A DNA stretch of 64,000 bases, taken from assembly GCA_951406725.2 (NCBI GenBank), contig OX597821.1, positions 28,272,001-28,336,000 of the forward strand, given 5' to 3'. Positions 1 to 13,810 of this stretch are shown in pieces. Within the stretch, counting starts at the first letter, position 1; each line of letters starts with the position of its first letter. Position numbers and translations under genes: made by a program. The notes under the pieces are model-generated. The model was given only the letters and a program-made list of their open reading frames with translations, made no database searches and was not told the origin of the DNA. This stretch comes from Octopus vulgaris (lineage: Eukaryota).

Positions 1-1914
1 ACAATGTGTAAAGTTGTAACCGTTTACACATATATTGCTCGCCGGCTCACTACATCAATGTCAGACAAACTTTAGGGGATCCGTAGCACCTTTCACCGAA
101 TGCCGAGCCACAAATGTATTATAAGGTGTTCATACCTGAGTGTTTTCTTTTGGGTTTCTTTTTATCACCTGGCATACAGTATCGGTGTTGAGTTGGTTAG
201 TTGTTTTGAAAATGTTCTGTTTCCTTCAAGGCCATTAGTGACGGAATTTATAGTAAGAAAAGCTCAAACGTGAGAGAAACGTGACTGCCCTAACAGAGAA
301 CACCTTGAAAAAGAAAGTGATTATACAGACACGGCAAGAAAAGACAACTGAAGTAAGACATATACAGAACAAATAGATACCCCTCATGAATAATAAAGCT
401 AGGTGAGATATTCTAAGCATTGAAAAGTATAGTATAGAAGGGAATGAGCGCACCACACTATTATAAGTTAGGAAGACAACATTAACAGGGCCCCTCGGAG
501 AGAGTCATGTGAAAGAAATTGTCGTAAAGCATTTTATGAAGAAATAAGTTCACCATGTTGTAATCCTACTGAGAAAGTTCTCTCATCTCTATGCAGTAGG
601 AGATGGTTGTGCTGCTGTGAAAATTCAAGAAATCATCTATGCGGGGGTTATGCAAAATTAGAAATTATTCGGTGCGCACATCATCCTGTACACTGTATGA
701 ATGGCAATATATCAAAGTGCTGATTACCTTTACTGTAGATCAACTTTGTAACATTGTGGTGGCAAGGACAATTAAAATAGTGTCGGGGGGAGTTGCACTC
801 CACAAAAAAGGTGATGAAGGACAAAGTAGAAGAATAAGCGAAGGAAAGATATTACACCGTTCTCAGTATTGGATTAATTATTGATGAGTGCTGCTGGATT
901 TAAAGAAATCACTCATATTTTCAGCCTTCAATTCAGTGATAATGTACTTCCTAAAGTTATAGCACATTATAACGTCACGAAAGTATTTAATTATTAATGT
1001 AATGCTGTCAGAGATAGTCAGATATTGTGGGTGTCTGAGATAAAACGAATTCATATTTTCCGGTAGCGACTCCGGTAGAATTTGCCGAAATCAAGTACAC
1101 CTCAAATTTACAGGTGATGAATAGAGTTACTTGGAGTGATAGCTATAGGCAGAATATATATTATACACTGTAATGTCATTTTATAAATTTTAGATAATGC
1201 TATGGATCACTCTGAAACCCTTCTCGTTGCATGTGATATATTCATGGATAGAAAAATGCATACACCCACTATATTTCAGCCTTGTCCAACTATCCACAGT
1301 TATGTTGTCGACTTAGGAGTGAGAAGATATTTGAGAAGACTACAAACTGCAGGGAGATTTACAGATATTGCTAAGAAAGTTTTTAGAAACAAATAACCTT
1401 AAATTCATTTCATACTATGTACGAAAGCTTAGGAATATAAACTAAAATTTAACAAAGATGCCGCGCTTTCATTTGATAATTAAAAAAAAATAGTGTCTAT
1501 TAAATGTAGAAAATGAGATAGTACACATTTTAAAAAAAAGAAACATGATTTGTAATTTGAAAGATGTTGTAGTTGGCGGGAAGAGTGAGAGAGGGAGAGG
1601 TACCGATATTTATATATGCATTTGCTCTCTTGCTCATACATTAATTTGAAGAATAGGATTCCACACAGTAGATTGTCTATAGCCAATACTTAACTGAGAA
1701 GGGCCCTACACTACTGCATTTAATCTCAGAATTTGGGCACAGTTTCAGGCTGAGCATTTATCGAATGTTTTAATTATGTTATCTTCTACATCTTATTGTG
1801 CCGCATAAATATATAGGATGTTTGAACTAAATTTGGTAGTTTGCATATATAGGAAAGAAAACACAATATCGAATTCAATAAAATTATTGTATGTTAAATT
1901 ATGGAAAGATATCA

Positions 1915-2361
1915 ATTAAGCAATGACTGCGCAATAGCTATTTATTGATAGTAGTAACCCGTCAGCTCCAACATCAGCCTCATGACGTTTCTGGAATCTA
2001 GCCCATGCATTGCTCACTATGTCCCGGGAAAGATATTCGAACAACTTCTTGTCCTTGGCCACAAACTCGACCTTGGTCACAAATTCGATCTTGGCCACAG
2101 ACTCGACCTTGGCCACAAACTCGACCTTGGTGTCTTTCTCAACTGTGTCTCACACGTAGTATTCCATAGGATTAAAACCGGGGAAAATAATGATGCCAGA
2201 GATTGGGGCAGGTGAAGTCGTAGACATTTTCCGATCACCACTTGTGACAGTTTCCGGAGGCATGGTGAGGATCAGAATCTTGCTGCCACAAGTATGGTCT
2301 TCCAGCAGCAATCGTCTCCAGTCAAGGATTGAATACAGTCCCCATTCGCTTCACATAACCG

Positions 2362-2362
<1 letters not shown>
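1915..2362 (-). mobile_element. Tc1/mariner-superfamily transposase remnant, C-terminal part (maT/DD37D-like)
   Basis: Manual minus-strand translation gives ...IAAGRPYLWQQDSDPHH...NLWHHYFPGFNPMEYYV*...AWARFQKRHEA. This matches the QQDxAPxH, WPPxSPDxNPxDY and C-terminal motifs. It has several stops and a 4x18-bp internal tandem repeat. Confidence 0.75.
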
Positions 2363-2438
<76 letters not shown>

Positions 2439-2456
2439 GTATGTATATATATATAT

Positions 2457-2674
2457 TGCTCACAAGGGGCTAAACATAGAGGGGACACACAAGGACAGAC
2501 GAATGGATTAAGTCGATTACATCGACCCCAGTGCGTAACTGCTCCTTAATTTATCGACCCCGAAAGGATGAAAGGCAAAGTCGACCTCCGCGGAATTTGA
2601 ACTCACAACGTAACGACAGACGAAATGCGGGTACGCATTTCGCCCGGCGTGTTAACGTTTCTGCCAGCTCGCCG
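2457..2674 (-). mobile_element. tRNA-derived SINE, family B (Nin-like central domain)
   Basis: Reverse complement of the copy at 30533-30765. Contains a B-box-like GAGTTCAAATTC and the core GCCTTTCATCCTTTCGGGGTCGATAAA. Confidence 0.85.
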
Positions 2675-2904
2675 ATATAGATAGATAGATATATATATAC
2701 ATACATACATGCATACATATATATACATATATGTATGATACGGGTGGCTAATTTACAATTTAACAACATAAAGGCAGAAATATATAAGTCACTAAAATGA
2801 CGAAGGGCACGAATCAGCACCAGTATTGCTAGAAATAAGAGTCAAAACAACTTAAAAGCCACAAAAAGCACTATCTTAGTGAGTTAACAAGGGATATAAG
2901 CTCT

Positions 2905-3043
2905 CTACGATCATCCATGATCTCTCATTCTGATGCTTAACGCATCATAAAGTTCACCAGTAGCTCCCACCTTAAGCACTGTGAGAGCTCCTGAAGAGCA
3001 TTAAGATGCGTTAAGCATCAGAATGCAAAATCAACGATGATCC
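2905..3043. repeat. Inverted repeat of two head-to-head degenerate hammerhead-like motifs
   Basis: 21-bp perfect arms (2926-2946 and 3005-3025) with imperfect extension. The + arm reads CTGAAGA-gcatt..gatgc/gcatc..aatgc-AAAA. Confidence 0.55.
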
Positions 3044-3218
3044 AAACTGCTTGCGACAGTAGGGGCTTGTCACCCTTGTCAGCTCATTAAAATAGTGACT
3101 TCTATATATAGAAAGAGAGAGAGGGGGAAGGAAGTGAGATAGATAAACCGAGAGATATAGATACATGCATATATATGTACACACTAACGCAGTCATTTAT
3201 TTATATATGTATATTTTT

Positions 3219-3398
3219 TGCCTCCGTCTTCCCTTCTCTGGACCTTTCCTTTTCCTATGTTTCTGATGAAGAGCTCTGCTCGAAACGTTGAACCCCACCT
3301 TCTTCCCTTCCTTCCTGAGCGTCTAATAATACTATATTTATTCCACTTTCTCGCGTTTTTCTGTTTACTCTTTGTGTTTTCATGTTTGGATTAACTTT
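3219..3398 (+). mobile_element. PLE-derived short element (pLTR-like) ending in (TA)n
   Basis: Carries a minimal HHR and its 3' end abuts (TA)n. Similar in layout to the elements at 56053-56220 and 62100-62296. Confidence 0.6.
3259..3293 (+). ncRNA. Minimal type I hammerhead ribozyme
   Basis: gttt-CTGATGA-a-gagc-tct-gctc-GAAA-cg-TT-gaac: stem I gttt/gaac, stem II gagc/gctc, palindromic stem III AACGTT, GUU triplet. Confidence 0.75.
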
Positions 3399-3693
3399 AT
3401 ATATATAGACGCAGGAATGGCTATATATATATATATATATATGCATGAAAAAATACAACGTGTGGACGTAGCATATACAAAGTATAAATAAGATTCCTAG
3501 AGAAGGAAAAGAGCGCATGTACACACACATATATCGTCAGTAGTTCACATATACGAAAACGTTGCACACTCTAAATCATTAGTGTGCTTTTTCAGAGAGT
3601 GCTCCAAACATACGTACGTAGACATACACAGACACACACACACACACATACGTATAAGTAGGTATATCTGTATGATTATATATACATACACAA

Positions 3694-3756
<63 letters not shown>

Positions 3757-3848
3757 CATATACACATATATACACACACACACAAACAGACGTATATATA
3801 TATACATACATATATACATACATATATATTTATATATATATATATGCA

Positions 3849-3901
<53 letters not shown>

Positions 3902-4321
3902 TGATATAATTAGTGCCTATCTTTATGTATATAGCGTATGTGAACGTGTGTGGGCGTATTAGAGTGAGGGCTTTCTGTACGCACGTCTGTAAAGCGTACA
4001 TACGAACACGTTAATCACACCAATACTGAATATTTCGCTCAATGAATTCGGCTGATTTTGGACTAATTCCAAATGTCCAAATACAACTTTGGTTATGCGT
4101 ATAGAAGTTTTAATGTAAGCAGGATGAATTGAAATTACACGACTAGAACTTGTCTCATACACAACATTCAAGCCTTAGCCACTCTTAACTGTGAAAGTGG
4201 CCAGCATATATTGTACGTGATAATATCTCCATCTTCTAACTTGAACAACCTTCATACATTAAGCTATAGTAATATATATAGATATATACGTACATATATG
4301 TATATATACATATACATATAT

Positions 4322-4352
<31 letters not shown>

Positions 4353-4572
4353 CACGTATGTGTACACGCATTGTGTGTGTGGATGTACGTGCGTATACAG
4401 ACACATATATACACACATATATATGTATATGTATATATACATATACAAACACGTGTGTATATATATATATATGTCTGTGTGTGTATACACGAGTACATCC
4501 ACACACACAATGCCCGTACACATACGTGCACACACACATACATACACACATATATAAATACATATATACAAA

Positions 4573-4637
<65 letters not shown>

Positions 4638-6228
4638 GTGAAAGTGAGAGAGAGAATAGAAAGAATTGAACTCATTTTTCATATCAGTGCATCACAGTTA
4701 TTTTCTTTTTTGTTTCACCACGCACAAAAGAATTAGATATATTTATTTATTTTATTTGATTTCTGTTTTACTGGAAAGCAGATTAGTTTGTTGGAAGGTG
4801 GGGAAGAAAAATCGAACTCCCATTTCTCATTGTGTTTATTGCGTCTTATCTAAAGAAAGCTGTTTATATAACCATTAACATCGAGTTACTCAGAATTGTA
4901 ATTGGATACGACCATGCCGATCACGTTAGCACTTCTTCGAAGGAGATTTGATTGCATAAGATAATCCGTTTGCCAAATACTATTATCAGCCACTAATGCT
5001 TTATAACTTCTTTGTTTGGGTTAGGATACTAATGTAGCAACGTAACAATGGCTGCTCAAATATTGACTGCAAGGCGATGTATAATAAGAATGTTTTTCCC
5101 TTTCATATACGCCGAAAAATTAAGATTATGGGTTTGGATTCATTTACTGAAGTAATTTTAATGTATAGTTTATTTTGTGTCGCATATCAAGCTGACCTAG
5201 GAATGGACACATATTTGTCTTAAATCCAATAAAATGCTCTTTAATTGCACGAATACATGTATTATCTGTATATCATATATCTAGACAGATACTTAGTCAA
5301 TGATCCATCGATCCATGCTCTATCGATCCATTCTATCGAGAGTTTGAAAGATGTCTATATTTTACTATCGGCATATTCGTATATTACAATGCATACACAG
5401 ATGCATATAATCCTCAAAAGAGTGCTTGCACATTTACACACACGTAAATATTTAGATATCGATACAAACACACACAAAAACACGCACGCACACACATATA
5501 TATGTATATGTATATGTACATGTACACACATGCACATATGTATATGTTTATATATTGTATATATATATATGTATGTTTGTGTGTCTGCATGTGTGTGTGT
5601 CTAAACACGCACTCGGACGAGTGAAGGAGGGTTTAAGATTAGATTAAGAAAGAGAGAGAGAGAAAAGAATTTACTGAAAAGATAGTTGATTGTATGTGTA
5701 AACAATTTTATATTCTTTTTTCTAAGTATTCGTTAATGTGCATTGAAATTACCCACGTATTCAATTACTCAATCACGTCATATTCAGACTTCAAATGTTT
5801 GACCTTAGGTAATTTGACACTAGTCGAAAATCTCAAGCAGATAATGCTGTTAGGGAAAATGCAGGGCCTTGCAACCTATTGCAAAAGAAATAGAGATACT
5901 GTGAGTTGCGTTTTTAAAATAGATTCACAGAACAATATATTGGATGAGCTTATAAGTCCAATGAGTACAGAGCCATAAATTTACTAGATTATTTCGACTG
6001 CAAGCTCTTGTGTAAATTATTTTAAAATATATTCATATGTAGTATATAGCCTAAATTCAATTTGATGTAACCAGATAATCAAGCGTAGTTTGTGATACAT
6101 AATGTGAAAATATAAGAGCAGAAAACGTAAGGATGACAACTTTGAACATTTTCAATAATATGGCGCAGAATTACATATAACAAGTTACTTGCTCGAAATG
6201 TGGAGTAGTTGAACAGCCGACAACTGAT

Positions 6229-7110
6229 GACAATTGTTTCGCTATTAATGTATTATGCAATTTTACTTACACAACGTCTATAGGTCATCAGCAGTATTTG
6301 TCTAAAATACAATTTATTCATAGCGAAACAATTGTCCAGAGTTAAACTATATTTTTGTTATTTTTCACTTGCCCTGCTCATTTAAGTTAAATGCTGTGTT
6401 AATTCTCATTGGAAACATTTTTTTAGTGGCTAATACCATAGCGGATCTATTTTTAGCCCTAGAGTCGACCATATAGTGGTCACTCTCTTATATTTATGTA
6501 TAAATTTTTATTGTATCCCTGGTTTTTATGTGCTAAGCCACTTGGTGTTAAATTGATGGTATTATTAAATTAATATCCAATTTTTCACCCTTATTTGTAA
6601 TTTTAATTATACTGCAGTAAATCTTTTATGCAGTATTTGTTTCCAGAAGTTTTATCGCACTTTTAGCGAGGGAATTTGAATCTTAACTGTGAATATAATC
6701 GATTAAAACACACGTGTATTTGATGTTATGTTAAAATTCAGCGTGCGATTTAATAAATTGTATTTTAGACAAATTCTGCTGATGACCTATAGATGTTGTG
6801 TAAGTAAAATTGCATAATACCTTAATAGCGAAACAATTGTCCAGAGTTAATCTATATTTTTGTTATTTTTCACTTGCCCTGCTCGTATACGTTAAATGTT
6901 GTGTTAATTCTCCTTGGAAACAATTTTTTAGTGGCTAATACCATAGCGGATCTATTTTTAGCGCTAGAGTCGACCATATAGTGGTCACTCTCTTATATTT
7001 ATGTATAAATTTTTTATATAAGCCATTTGAGGTTAAGCCACTTGAGGTTAAGCCACTTGAGGTTAAATTGACGGTATTATTAAATTAATATCAAATTTTT
7101 CACACTTATT

Positions 7111-7114
<4 letters not shown>
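6229..7114 (+). mobile_element. Non-coding HHR-bearing retroelement (retrozyme-like or PLE-derived), partial tandem with an inverted 5' segment
   Basis: Direct repeats at 6320-6599 and 6825-7114 (offset 505 bp). 6229-6318 is the reverse complement of ~6752-6841. Ends in (TA)n. Confidence 0.75.
6772..6848 (+). ncRNA. Type I hammerhead ribozyme
   Basis: aattctg-CTGATGA-[long stem II]-GAAA-caattg-TC-cagagtt: 7-bp stem I, palindromic stem III ACAATTGT, GUC cleavage triplet ending at 6841. Confidence 0.85.
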
Positions 7115-7150
<36 letters not shown>

Positions 7151-7166
7151 AATATATATATGTATA

Positions 7167-7240
<74 letters not shown>

Positions 7241-7259
7241 AATTCCTAAATATATATAT

Positions 7260-7445
7260 TCTTTTATTTGTTTCAGTCATTTGACTGCGACCATGCTGGA
7301 ACATTGCCTGAACACATCCACTCCAGGACCTATTCTTTGTAAGCTTAGTACCTAATGTTTTGAAGAACCGTTAAGTTACGGGGACGTAAACACACTAACA
7401 TCAGTTGTGAAGGGATGGTGGAGGGACAAACATAGACACACAAAA
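7260..7445 (-). mobile_element. SINE family A, 3' part
   Basis: Reverse-complement match to the tail of the full copy at 28446-28862. Confidence 0.75.
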
Positions 7446-7609
7446 TGTAGACATATATATATTTATACCATATGTTACGTATTTATTATATCATACCTTG
7501 ATACTGTGTGGACTAAGATCCCCGTTGACAAGCCGCTGGTATTTACAGAGTGTTAAAAAATTTCGGTATGAAAATTAAGAACTCATTCATAGAATAACTA
7601 CTACTATAA

Positions 7610-8097
7610 TTTTATATTGTGATCGACAATCCATTTTTTGGTAGACTTCGCGTGTGCTTAGTATCGTTATCGTGTTGTAAAACTTTCCCTTCACAAAGCT
7701 GGAGTTTCATAAATTATTGTTCAAAATATTTTGGTACATCTCTGCATTCATTCTACCATCTATCACATGTAAATTGCCAGTACCATTTGCAGAGAAACAG
7801 CCCCACACCATGATGTTGCCACCTCCAAACTTTATGGTAAGAATTGTGTTTTTCGGCGAATAGGCAGTACCATCTTTCCTCCAAACGTGGCTACGCAAAT
7901 TTCTTCCAAACAATTCAATTTTCGACTCGTCTGTCCAGAGAACATTTTCGCAGAATGTATCAGGTTTATTAGTTTCTTTCGCATATTCTTAGTTTATGCA
8001 TGTGTATGAAAATATAGTATTGGTATATCCCATTTATGTTCATTAAAAATTAGATAAATAAAGAACTTTGACATGTACGGAGATTTATTTCCCCTCA

Positions 8098-8100
<3 letters not shown>
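7610..8100 (-). mobile_element. Tc1 (DD34E-type) transposon remnant with one terminus
   Basis: Translation [13 protein letters not shown]...[19 protein letters not shown]...DNDTKH. Terminus CAGTGAGGGG at 8100 is flanked by TA. Internally deleted. Confidence 0.85.
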
Positions 8101-8164
<64 letters not shown>

Positions 8165-9408
8165 TACATACATACATACATACATACATACATACATACA
8201 TACATACATACATACGTACATATATATATATATAATGTTAAATCTTGGTTTTGTGTTCAGTTATTATAAAAACAAATTTACATAACATCTGAGAGGTTAC
8301 TCTCAACTTTTGTAAAGAACAAGTTTGTTGTCAGATGAGAATATTGTTGAGGGTGACTTCAAATTCTGGGCTAGTTAAAACAGTCGGACTGCAGTGCATT
8401 AGGGGTAATCTTGGCTTTCTATAATCTCTGTAGAGTCTTCCCTTGTTTCGTGAATTTGAGTGGGGTGGTAATTAGGTTTTATGGGAGGCTAATATGAAGA
8501 GGTGTTGTGAAGAAATTTTTATTGATTAAACTTGGAGTTAGTATAGTGCATGTTACTATTCCGACCCATTATGCCTTTATTTTCTTATAGCTATTGTGGA
8601 CCTTGCAAGTGGATGTTACCTTTTTTCCAGTTAGTTACACTATTCTTGATACCCATAACTGCAAGGTTCGGTGTACTATTTCTACTCATATATTTCTTCA
8701 TTTCGTTCTTGGACTATATATTAACGTACCCCTATATTTTATTTCTGCCAGCACATTATTATACTATCGTTCTCTTTTTACTAAAGATCTTTTTTATTCG
8801 CATAAACGCAAGAGATAACTAGAGTTAAAATTAATATATTTGAGGTTATAGGTTTTCTAGCTGTTAATATAATATCTACTTCTTCGGATAAACTAGAGAT
8901 TCACAGCAAATATCAGTGTTTGTCAAGTTTCTAACTATACCACTCTTATTCCTTGCATTCTCAAATAATCTGCCCCTACTAAATGCTGTCTATACTATTA
9001 TAATTCAGTTCACATCAAACTGTAATAGTGACACATCTTGAATAAAGCTACATGGACTACATGGACCAGATGAACAAACGGAATGTAAATGTAAACAAAA
9101 CTGCGTGATAGCCAAGCAACAGAAAGATAAGACCGACACAAATTTAAATTAAATATGATGCATAAATCACCGTAATAATAAAAATGTGCAGATGTACTAT
9201 TCTGCTTATTGATTTGAATAGTTTAGCTATTCACTCAATAATTTGTATATATTCCAACGAGGCGAACTCAGGAATTAGTTTCCGAAACATATACGTTGAG
9301 CTTGTTTATTCCAATAGTCCTAGGCTACTCTTTGACCATTCCATGCGGTTAGCAACAACTTGGATTATACCAGAGTGATTTCAGAGTAACTGCATGTATG
9401 TATAACCC

Positions 9409-9409
<1 letters not shown>

Positions 9410-9489
<80 letters not shown>

Positions 9490-9494
9490 CATCC

Positions 9495-9547
<53 letters not shown>

Positions 9548-9603
9548 CCTATCTATCTATCTATCTATCAATCTATCTATCTATCTATCTATCTATATAT
9601 CTA

Positions 9604-9656
<53 letters not shown>
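9410..9656. repeat. (ATCT)n plus (TA)n microsatellite
   Basis: Directly visible in the sequence. Confidence 0.95.
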
Positions 9657-9658
<2 letters not shown>

Positions 9659-9667
9659 CGGAGTAAG

Positions 9668-9950
9668 CACACCGCTTTTAGTTGAGCAAATCGACCCCCA
9701 GGACATTGTTTGAAACCTAGTACTTATTCTATCATTATATTTTGCTGCCAAGTTAGGAGGATGTAAACACACCAACATCGGCTGCCAAGTGGGGACAAAC
9801 ACATACACAGACATATATACATATATACGACGGGATTCCTTCAGTTTCTGTCTACCAAATCCACTCTCAAGGTGAGGTCGGCCCGAAACCATAAAAGAAG
9901 ACACTTGCCCAAGCTAACACGCAGTGGGACTGAACCCGGAACCACATAAT
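9668..9950 (-). mobile_element. SINE family A (partial)
   Basis: Reverse-complement match to 28446-28862. Confidence 0.8.
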
Positions 9951-9996
9951 CATTCCCGCGTCTATACACACACACACACACATATATGTATATACA

Positions 9997-10058
<62 letters not shown>

Positions 10059-10136
10059 TGTGTATGTATGTGTGTGTGTGCAAATATATATATATATATA
10101 TTCATATACACACAAAAATATATACTTATACATATT

Positions 10137-10192
<56 letters not shown>

Positions 10193-10301
10193 TACGTATA
10201 TACACACACATGCATTTACATGAATATATATACATATACATACATATATATATATACATACGTCTATATACACACATGTATTTATATAAATATATATAAA
10301 G

Positions 10302-10359
<58 letters not shown>

Positions 10360-10465
10360 ATATATATAAGTTCAGCCAAAATTTAGATTCAGATGAATAT
10401 GGTACTTAAGTTAAATGCACCAGAACCTGGTATGGAATTATCCATATAAATCAAATGGGGTGATT

Positions 10466-10558
10466 ATAATCAAACCAAGCAACAAGGACATCCAAAGTAG
10501 TGTCGTACATGAAACGATTGTACTACACTACCTCTGGATATCCTTCTTGCTTATTTCG

Positions 10559-10563
<5 letters not shown>
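10466..10563. repeat. Imperfect fold-back with ~45-bp arms abutting (TA)n
   Basis: ataatcaaaccaagcaacaaggacatcc..gtagtgtcgtaca pairs with tgtactacactac..ggatatccttcttgcttatttcgattat. Confidence 0.75.
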
Positions 10564-10615
<52 letters not shown>

Positions 10616-10751
10616 TTATATATGTATACGTAGATATACTTACATACATATATATGCAAAAATATACATATATATATCTATATATATATATAAATATATA
10701 TATTTATATATGTATACGTAGATATACTTACATACATATATATGCAAAAAT

Positions 10752-10794
<43 letters not shown>

Positions 10795-11197
10795 TTCATG
10801 TGTATATATACACATATATATGTGGGAGGGCATAAATACATACTAAAACTAACAGAAATGAAACTAATATATATTTACACAGTGAAAGCAATTGAAATTG
10901 AAGCCATATAATAGTGGAACTAATATCTTGCATTACAACAGAGATGTTATTGTTTCACTTTTGACACGTAGTACGGAAACAGTTTAAGAGATAAGAGATT
11001 ACCCTATGCTCGCGTTAGGTAAGAAGGTGGAACCTGGGGGCGAGGGCATGTCAATCCATGGTCCCTAAGTAAGGGATATATAAAATTTTAATGAAATCAG
11101 TAAGGCAGTTGTCGAATTTTAGTCACGCACGCATACAGAAACACACACATACACAGACAGACACACATTCTTAGTTTTATATATAGATAGACATATT

Positions 11198-11238
<41 letters not shown>

Positions 11239-11544
11239 GCATATATATGCACACTGATATATACATACACACACATATATCCATTTACATATACATACAT
11301 ACACATATATGTGTCTGTGCGTGTGTGCGTGAATTTTATATATAAATAAGTAATTGAATATTTGAATTCAGAACTCCGGTTTTTCCTCTATCGTCGGCTG
11401 TGATATTATTTGATCTTCTTTATAGCGTCTACTCTATCGTAACACCGTCAATGTTATCGAAAGTGTATCACTAAACATTTGACAGTTCAAATTGTATTTG
11501 CAATAACTGCATTTTCAGGTACCTTGTTTATCAGTATAAATATA

Positions 11545-11800
11545 GTGGAGACACATGGTCTAGTGCTTAGGGCAGCGGATTCGCTGTCAAGGGATCGTGG
11601 GTTCGAATCTCAGACCGGGTGATGTGTGTGTTTATGAGCGAAACTCTTAAGCTCCACGCGGCTCCGGCAGAAGGTAAGGGCGAACTTCTGCTGACTCTTT
11701 CGGAAAACAAATTTCTTTCACTCTTTCCACCTGCATCTTGCAGCTCACCCGCGACGGACCGGCGTCCCGTTCAGGTGGGAAACCTATATGCCAAAGAATC
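11545..11800 (+). mobile_element. tRNA-derived SINE, family D
   Basis: A-box-like TGGTCTAGTGCTTAGG and B-box GGTTCGAATCTC. Homologous to 12205-12502 and 60653-60965. Confidence 0.8.
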
Positions 11801-12204
11801 CGGTGGTGGCAGCTTAAAAACACTAGCAATTGCTAGTGTTTTTTATGTGTGTGTGTGTTTGTATGCATCTATATGCGTGTGTTTAGGTGCGTGTGTGCAT
11901 GTGTACGTGTAAATGTGTGTGTGTGTATGTGTAAAAATATGTGTGAGAGAGAGAGAGACATGAACACTGAAAGGAGAGAAGCAATTCTCAAAATGTTTCA
12001 CATTTAACTCAAATGTTCACTTGAAACAAAAGACACTTGTAAGATTAATTACAGAAATCAAAAAAATATCGAAGCATCTCGGCCGGTAAGCGTGGTGACT
12101 CATTCATCTCTTGTAGCATTTTTTTTATCCACCCATCACAAAATTTAGATAAAATATAATATCTTCTATACTGAACTTCTACTCTGAAAAGATATTTTTT
12201 ATTA

Positions 12205-12502
12205 TTCATTCTCGAGCCATGCCTGGCTCATAAGGGCCGGTTTCCCGGTTTCTTTGGCGTATAGGTTCCCCACCTGGACGGGACGCCGGTCCGTCGCAGG
12301 TGAGCTGCAAGATGCAGGATGAAAGAGTGAGAGAAAGTTGTGGCGAAAGTGTCAGCTGAAGTTCGCCATTAACTTCTGCCGGAGCCGCGTGGAGCTTAGG
12401 CGTTTCGCTCATAAACACACACATCGCCCTGTCTGAGATTCGAAACCGCGATCCGTCGACCGCGAGTCCGCTGCTCTAACCACTAGGCCATGTGCCTCCA
12501 CA
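12205..12502 (-). mobile_element. tRNA-derived SINE, family D
   Basis: Full head-to-tail copy with an approximate target-site duplication ctgaaaagatat / ctgtaaagatat. Confidence 0.85.
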
Positions 12503-12911
12503 CTGTAAAGATATCATATACTTCTTAGCTAACTGAAACATTCTCTTTGTTTGATAATACTGTTATTACTGGTGATGTTTCCGAATGATTGATAGTATGC
12601 TGGGGCATATTTAAGAACTGAATATATTGTCTTAGAAGTTCATGAAGCTCTTAAATAAATATCCAAGTGGTGACAGCTTAATGGCAATATATATACAACA
12701 GAAATGTACTTACTTTGAAGGTGTTTAATATATTCCTCGGCTATAGCTACCATGTGCATTTTTATTTTATGGTTACATATATATCTCAATTTCCATATTT
12801 TATAGTCGGCATACGGATTGGTTATATCTTCGATAGAGTCTCCCCTGAATTATATTTAAAGTCTATATTACATTAATACTACTATTGATGTTATTATTAC
12901 TACAGTAGCCG

Positions 12912-13729
<818 letters not shown>

Positions 13730-13742
13730 AATAATAATAATA

Positions 13743-13789
<47 letters not shown>

Positions 13790-13810
13790 AATAATAATAA
13801 TAATAATAAT

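Noticed and set aside
240-1400. Purine-rich stretch and a 64-aa ORF that might be decayed coding sequence
   Set aside because: I could not identify any diagnostic motif.
3545-4736. Numerous [12 protein letters not shown], poly-L and poly-I ORFs here and throughout the track
   Set aside because: They are translations of (TA)n, (CA)n and (TAA)n microsatellites, not genes.
7021-7066. Three 15-bp repeats, and the 18-bp repeats at 2053-2130, considered as CRISPR-like
   Set aside because: There are no spacers, and the context is eukaryotic; these are simple tandem duplications.
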